Source of the DNA: Acidimicrobiales bacterium
GTDB lineage: Bacteria > Actinomycetota > Acidimicrobiia > Acidimicrobiales > DATDAH01
NCBI GenBank assembly: GCA_041918615.1
Contig: JAYRVH010000013.1
Span: forward strand, 190-64,189
Length of the DNA stretch: 64,000 nucleotides
Reading direction: 5' to 3'
The position numbers and the translations under genes are program-made. Below the pieces are notes generated by a model. It was not told the origin of the DNA. It worked only from the letters and a program-made list of their open reading frames with translations, and did not search any database. Positions 61,633 through 64,000 of the stretch are shown in pieces. Position 1 is the first letter of the stretch; each line of letters opens with the position of its first letter.

Positions 61633-64000
61633 ATGCGTGCACGACAGGACTTTCGGGTGCCGAGCAAGCTCGCCTGCCGCCGCAACGTCTTTGCGGCTCT
61701 TGGCGCGGTTGCGCTGTTGGCCACTTCCCTTGCGCTGGTGGTCACGGGGTCGACGCCGGCGAGCGCGGCCAGCGGCACCGTCACCGGAACGGTGTTCCGT
61801 GACTTCAACTCTGACGGCTTCATGAACACCACGGCGTCGGCCACCCTTCCGGCCGTCGACGTCGGGGTCAGTGGGGTGACGGTCCGCGCCTACGACGCCA
61901 GCAACGCCGAGGTGGCCTCGGCGACGACCGGCGCGGACGGGACCTACACGCTCGACTACACGACGGGTGATGCGACGACCGACGTGCGTGTGCAGTTCGA
62001 TACCCCGGCCGGCTACGAGTCGGGCCCGGCGGGCTCGGGCAGCGGAATCCGCTCGGGCACTTCGGTCCAGTTCCTCGCCGATGGCGGCACGGCGAACTAC
62101 GGCATCCACCACCCCGGGGACTACTCCACCCCCGACCCGGTCCTCGTCATCCCCCTCCACAAGGGCTTCTTGAACGCTACTGGCACCCCGGGAGACCTGG
62201 TCGCGGGGGACGCCCCGACGCTCGTGGCGGTCGACTACTCGACGACTGGTGTTCCCACGTTGGGTGGGGGGGCGTCCAACCAGCGGCCGCAGGCCACGTT
62301 GGCCCAGACCGGGACGGTCTGGGGGGTTGCATCGTTGGGCACCGACTGGGTGTTCAGCGCCGCTCTCTTCAAGCGTCATGCCCCGGTGGGCCCAGGGGGA
62401 CTGGGTCAGATCTACCTGACCGAGATCGACTCGGGCGCCCCCAACGCGGACGCGTTCGTCACGATCCCCAACGCGGGGACGAACCCTCGCGGCGCGGGCG
62501 ACACCACGCCCGGCTACGACTGGTTCCACGACGTCCCGGCATGGACGCAGGTCCACAAGGTCGGCCTGGGCGACATCGACCTCAGCGCGGACCGGTCCAC
62601 GCTGTACGCGGTCAATCTGAACGATCGCCGGATGTACGCCGTCCCGGTGACACCGGGCGCCACGGCCGCTGATCCCCCGACGGCGGGTTCTCCTTCGGCC
62701 ATCGCCATGCCGCTGGATCTGCCGGGTGCCTCCGCGGGCTGCGCGCAGGACCAGGTGCGACCCTTCGGGCTGGAAGCCGACGCCTCCGGGGTCTGGGCCA
62801 CCCTCACCTGCACGGGCCCCGCACGGGCGGACCTGCGGGGCTATCTCTACCGCTACGACGAGAACGCCGGCACGTGGGGTAGCGCACCGGAGTTGGAGTT
62901 CGGCCTCGGGTTCGATCGTGGCCGCACGGTGTCCGGGGCGCCGGCCAACAACGCCAACTGGGATCCCTGGGATGACCTCTTCGACGGGATCATTGGCAAC
63001 CGCCAGCGCGTGTACAGCGATCCGCAACCCCTGCTCGCGGACCTGGTGTTCGACTCGAACGGCGACATGGTCATCGGCATCAAGGACCACACCGGCGACC
63101 GCGTGGGCTACGAGATCGGGAGCATCACCGTCTCCGACTCCACCCTCTACACCGGCATGAACGCTGGCGACACGTTGCGTGCCTGCCAGTCGGGCGGCGC
63201 TTGGGTGCTCGAGAACGGCGGCGCGTGCGGTTCCCGCTCCGGATTCTCCACCACCAACGACCAAGGGCCGGGCGGCGGGGAGTTCTACGAAGACGACTTC
63301 ACGACGATCCACCAGCAGACGGCACTCGGCGCGTTGGAGCAGGTGCCCGGCTTCGCCGATGTCGTCGGCACGCACTTCGACCCGGTGAGCGATGTATACA
63401 GCCAGGGCTACCAGCGGCACTCGAACCTCCAAGGCACCGAATCGTCGGCCACCCAGCTGATCGGCGCGCCGGACCGCAGCAGGCCCAACTCGCCGGGCTC
63501 GTTCGGCAAGGCCGATGGCGTGGGTGACATCGAAGCGCTCCTGGCCGACGCCCCGATCGAGATCGGCAACCGGGTCTGGTACGACAATGACGGCGACGGG
63601 ATCCAGGACCCCAGTGAGGCCCCGATCGAGGGCGTCACGGTTCACCTGTACTCGGGGACCACCCTCGTGGGCACCGCGACCACTGACGCAGCGGGCGAGT
63701 ACTACTTCAACGCCGGCAACGTCGACGGCGGGCTGCTCCCCGGCACCGAGTACCGGATCGAGCTCGACGAGCAAACGGACTACATCGCCGGGGGGCCGCT
63801 CGACGGACTGGTGCTCACGACGAACGATGCCGGCAGCGACGACGCGGTCGATTCCGACGGGACCCTGGGCGCCGGCTCCGACCCGAGGATCGCCCTGACC
63901 ACGGGTGGACCAGGCGTCAACGACCACACCTTCGACTTCGGATTCAAAGACCCGGTGTTCGATCTGGCGTTGCGTAAGACGTTGGCGTCGGGTCAGTCGA
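61633..64000 (+). CDS. large secreted SdrD-B-like / DUF11-type surface protein, 5' partial (runs off the window)
   Basis: Not in the ORF track because it has no stop in the window. I translated ATG 61633: MRARQDFRVPSKLACRRNVFAALGAVALLATSLALVVTGSTPASAASGTVTGTVFRDFNSDG... Later WYDNDGDGIQDPSEAPIEGVTVHLYS...HTFDFGF (SdrD B-like), and the window ends in DLALRKT. The 774-aa minus ORF is its shadow. Confidence 0.8.
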   Translation, partial: MRARQDFRVPSKLACRRNVFAALGAVALLATSLALVVTGSTPASAASGTVTGTVFRDFNSDGFMNTTASATLPAVDVGVSGVTVRAYDASNAEVASATTGADGTYTLDYTTGDATTDVRVQFDTPAGYESGPAGSGSGIRSGTSVQFLADGGTANYGIHHPGDYSTPDPVLVIPLHKGFLNATGTPGDLVAGDAPTLVAVDYSTTGVPTLGGGASNQRPQATLAQTGTVWGVASLGTDWVFSAALFKRHAPVGPGGLGQIYLTEIDSGAPNADAFVTIPNAGTNPRGAGDTTPGYDWFHDVPAWTQVHKVGLGDIDLSADRSTLYAVNLNDRRMYAVPVTPGATAADPPTAGSPSAIAMPLDLPGASAGCAQDQVRPFGLEADASGVWATLTCTGPARADLRGYLYRYDENAGTWGSAPELEFGLGFDRGRTVSGAPANNANWDPWDDLFDGIIGNRQRVYSDPQPLLADLVFDSNGDMVIGIKDHTGDRVGYEIGSITVSDSTLYTGMNAGDTLRACQSGGAWVLENGGACGSRSGFSTTNDQGPGGGEFYEDDFTTIHQQTALGALEQVPGFADVVGTHFDPVSDVYSQGYQRHSNLQGTESSATQLIGAPDRSRPNSPGSFGKADGVGDIEALLADAPIEIGNRVWYDNDGDGIQDPSEAPIEGVTVHLYSGTTLVGTATTDAAGEYYFNAGNVDGGLLPGTEYRIELDEQTDYIAGGPLDGLVLTTNDAGSDDAVDSDGTLGAGSDPRIALTTGGPGVNDHTFDFGFKDPVFDLALRKTLASGQS

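Noticed and set aside
61603-63927. 774-aa minus-strand ORF at the right end
   Set aside because: Mirror image of the plus-strand SdrD-like surface-protein frame, which has a signal peptide and repeated known modules. The minus translation is V/G/R/D-rich without motifs.

Overview
Densely coding, visibly high-GC (by eye about 70%) actinobacterial-type chromosomal segment with about 50 genes. I saw no rRNA, no CRISPR array and no intact transposase. All family calls come from reading motifs in the supplied translations; no database search was run. Many long ORFs in the track are antisense or alternate-frame shadows typical of high-GC DNA. Several track ORFs needed internal starts, chosen from homology-like N-termini, Shine-Dalgarno sequences and start/stop overlaps. 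Layout, left to right:
(1) 894-7085, minus strand: a complete, translationally coupled group-3b-type (Hyh / sulfhydrogenase-like) [NiFe]-hydrogenase operon. Order is hyhB, a stand-alone cNMP-binding protein, hyhG, hyhS, hyhL, the maturation protease, hypC and a conserved hypothetical.
(2) 7184-13015, plus strand: a MacB-type ABC transporter, then a Pro-rich single-pass membrane protein with a Cys-motif ectodomain, then a predicted pseudokinase with an SH3-like tail.
(3) 13060-19968: TetR regulator, fatty-acid hydroxylase, acyl-CoA dehydrogenase, carotenoid-cleavage oxygenase, thiolase and CHAD protein.
(4) 20325-39913: Pat-like GNAT/acyl-CoA synthetase, saccharopine dehydrogenase, two GGDEF-EAL proteins and assorted oxidoreductases.
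(5) 39956-47196, minus strand: a tightly coupled run of lipoprotein, amidohydrolase, SDR, ThuA, P450 and amidohydrolase_2, followed by a Rieske oxygenase.
(6) 47750-49012: a lipoprotein paralogue of the Cys-motif protein, carrying in-frame tandem repeats.
(7) 49362-51583: a DUF1611/racemase pair.
(8) 51807-56656: an envelope cluster of acyltransferase_3, DUF2142, patatin and a GerMN protein. The DUF2142 reading frame has no canonical start and is in frame with the upstream gene across a single TAG.
(9) 57046-59250: tRNA-Val followed by a decayed integrative element (excisionase-like HTH, integrase N-terminal stump fused out of frame to an adhesin fragment).
(10) 59252-64000: lipoproteins and a large SdrD/DUF11-type surface protein that runs off the window.
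The candidates I consider most worth follow-up are the ABC / Cys-motif protein / pseudokinase-SH3 cluster, the cNMP-domain protein embedded in the hydrogenase operon, and the start-less DUF2142 frame.
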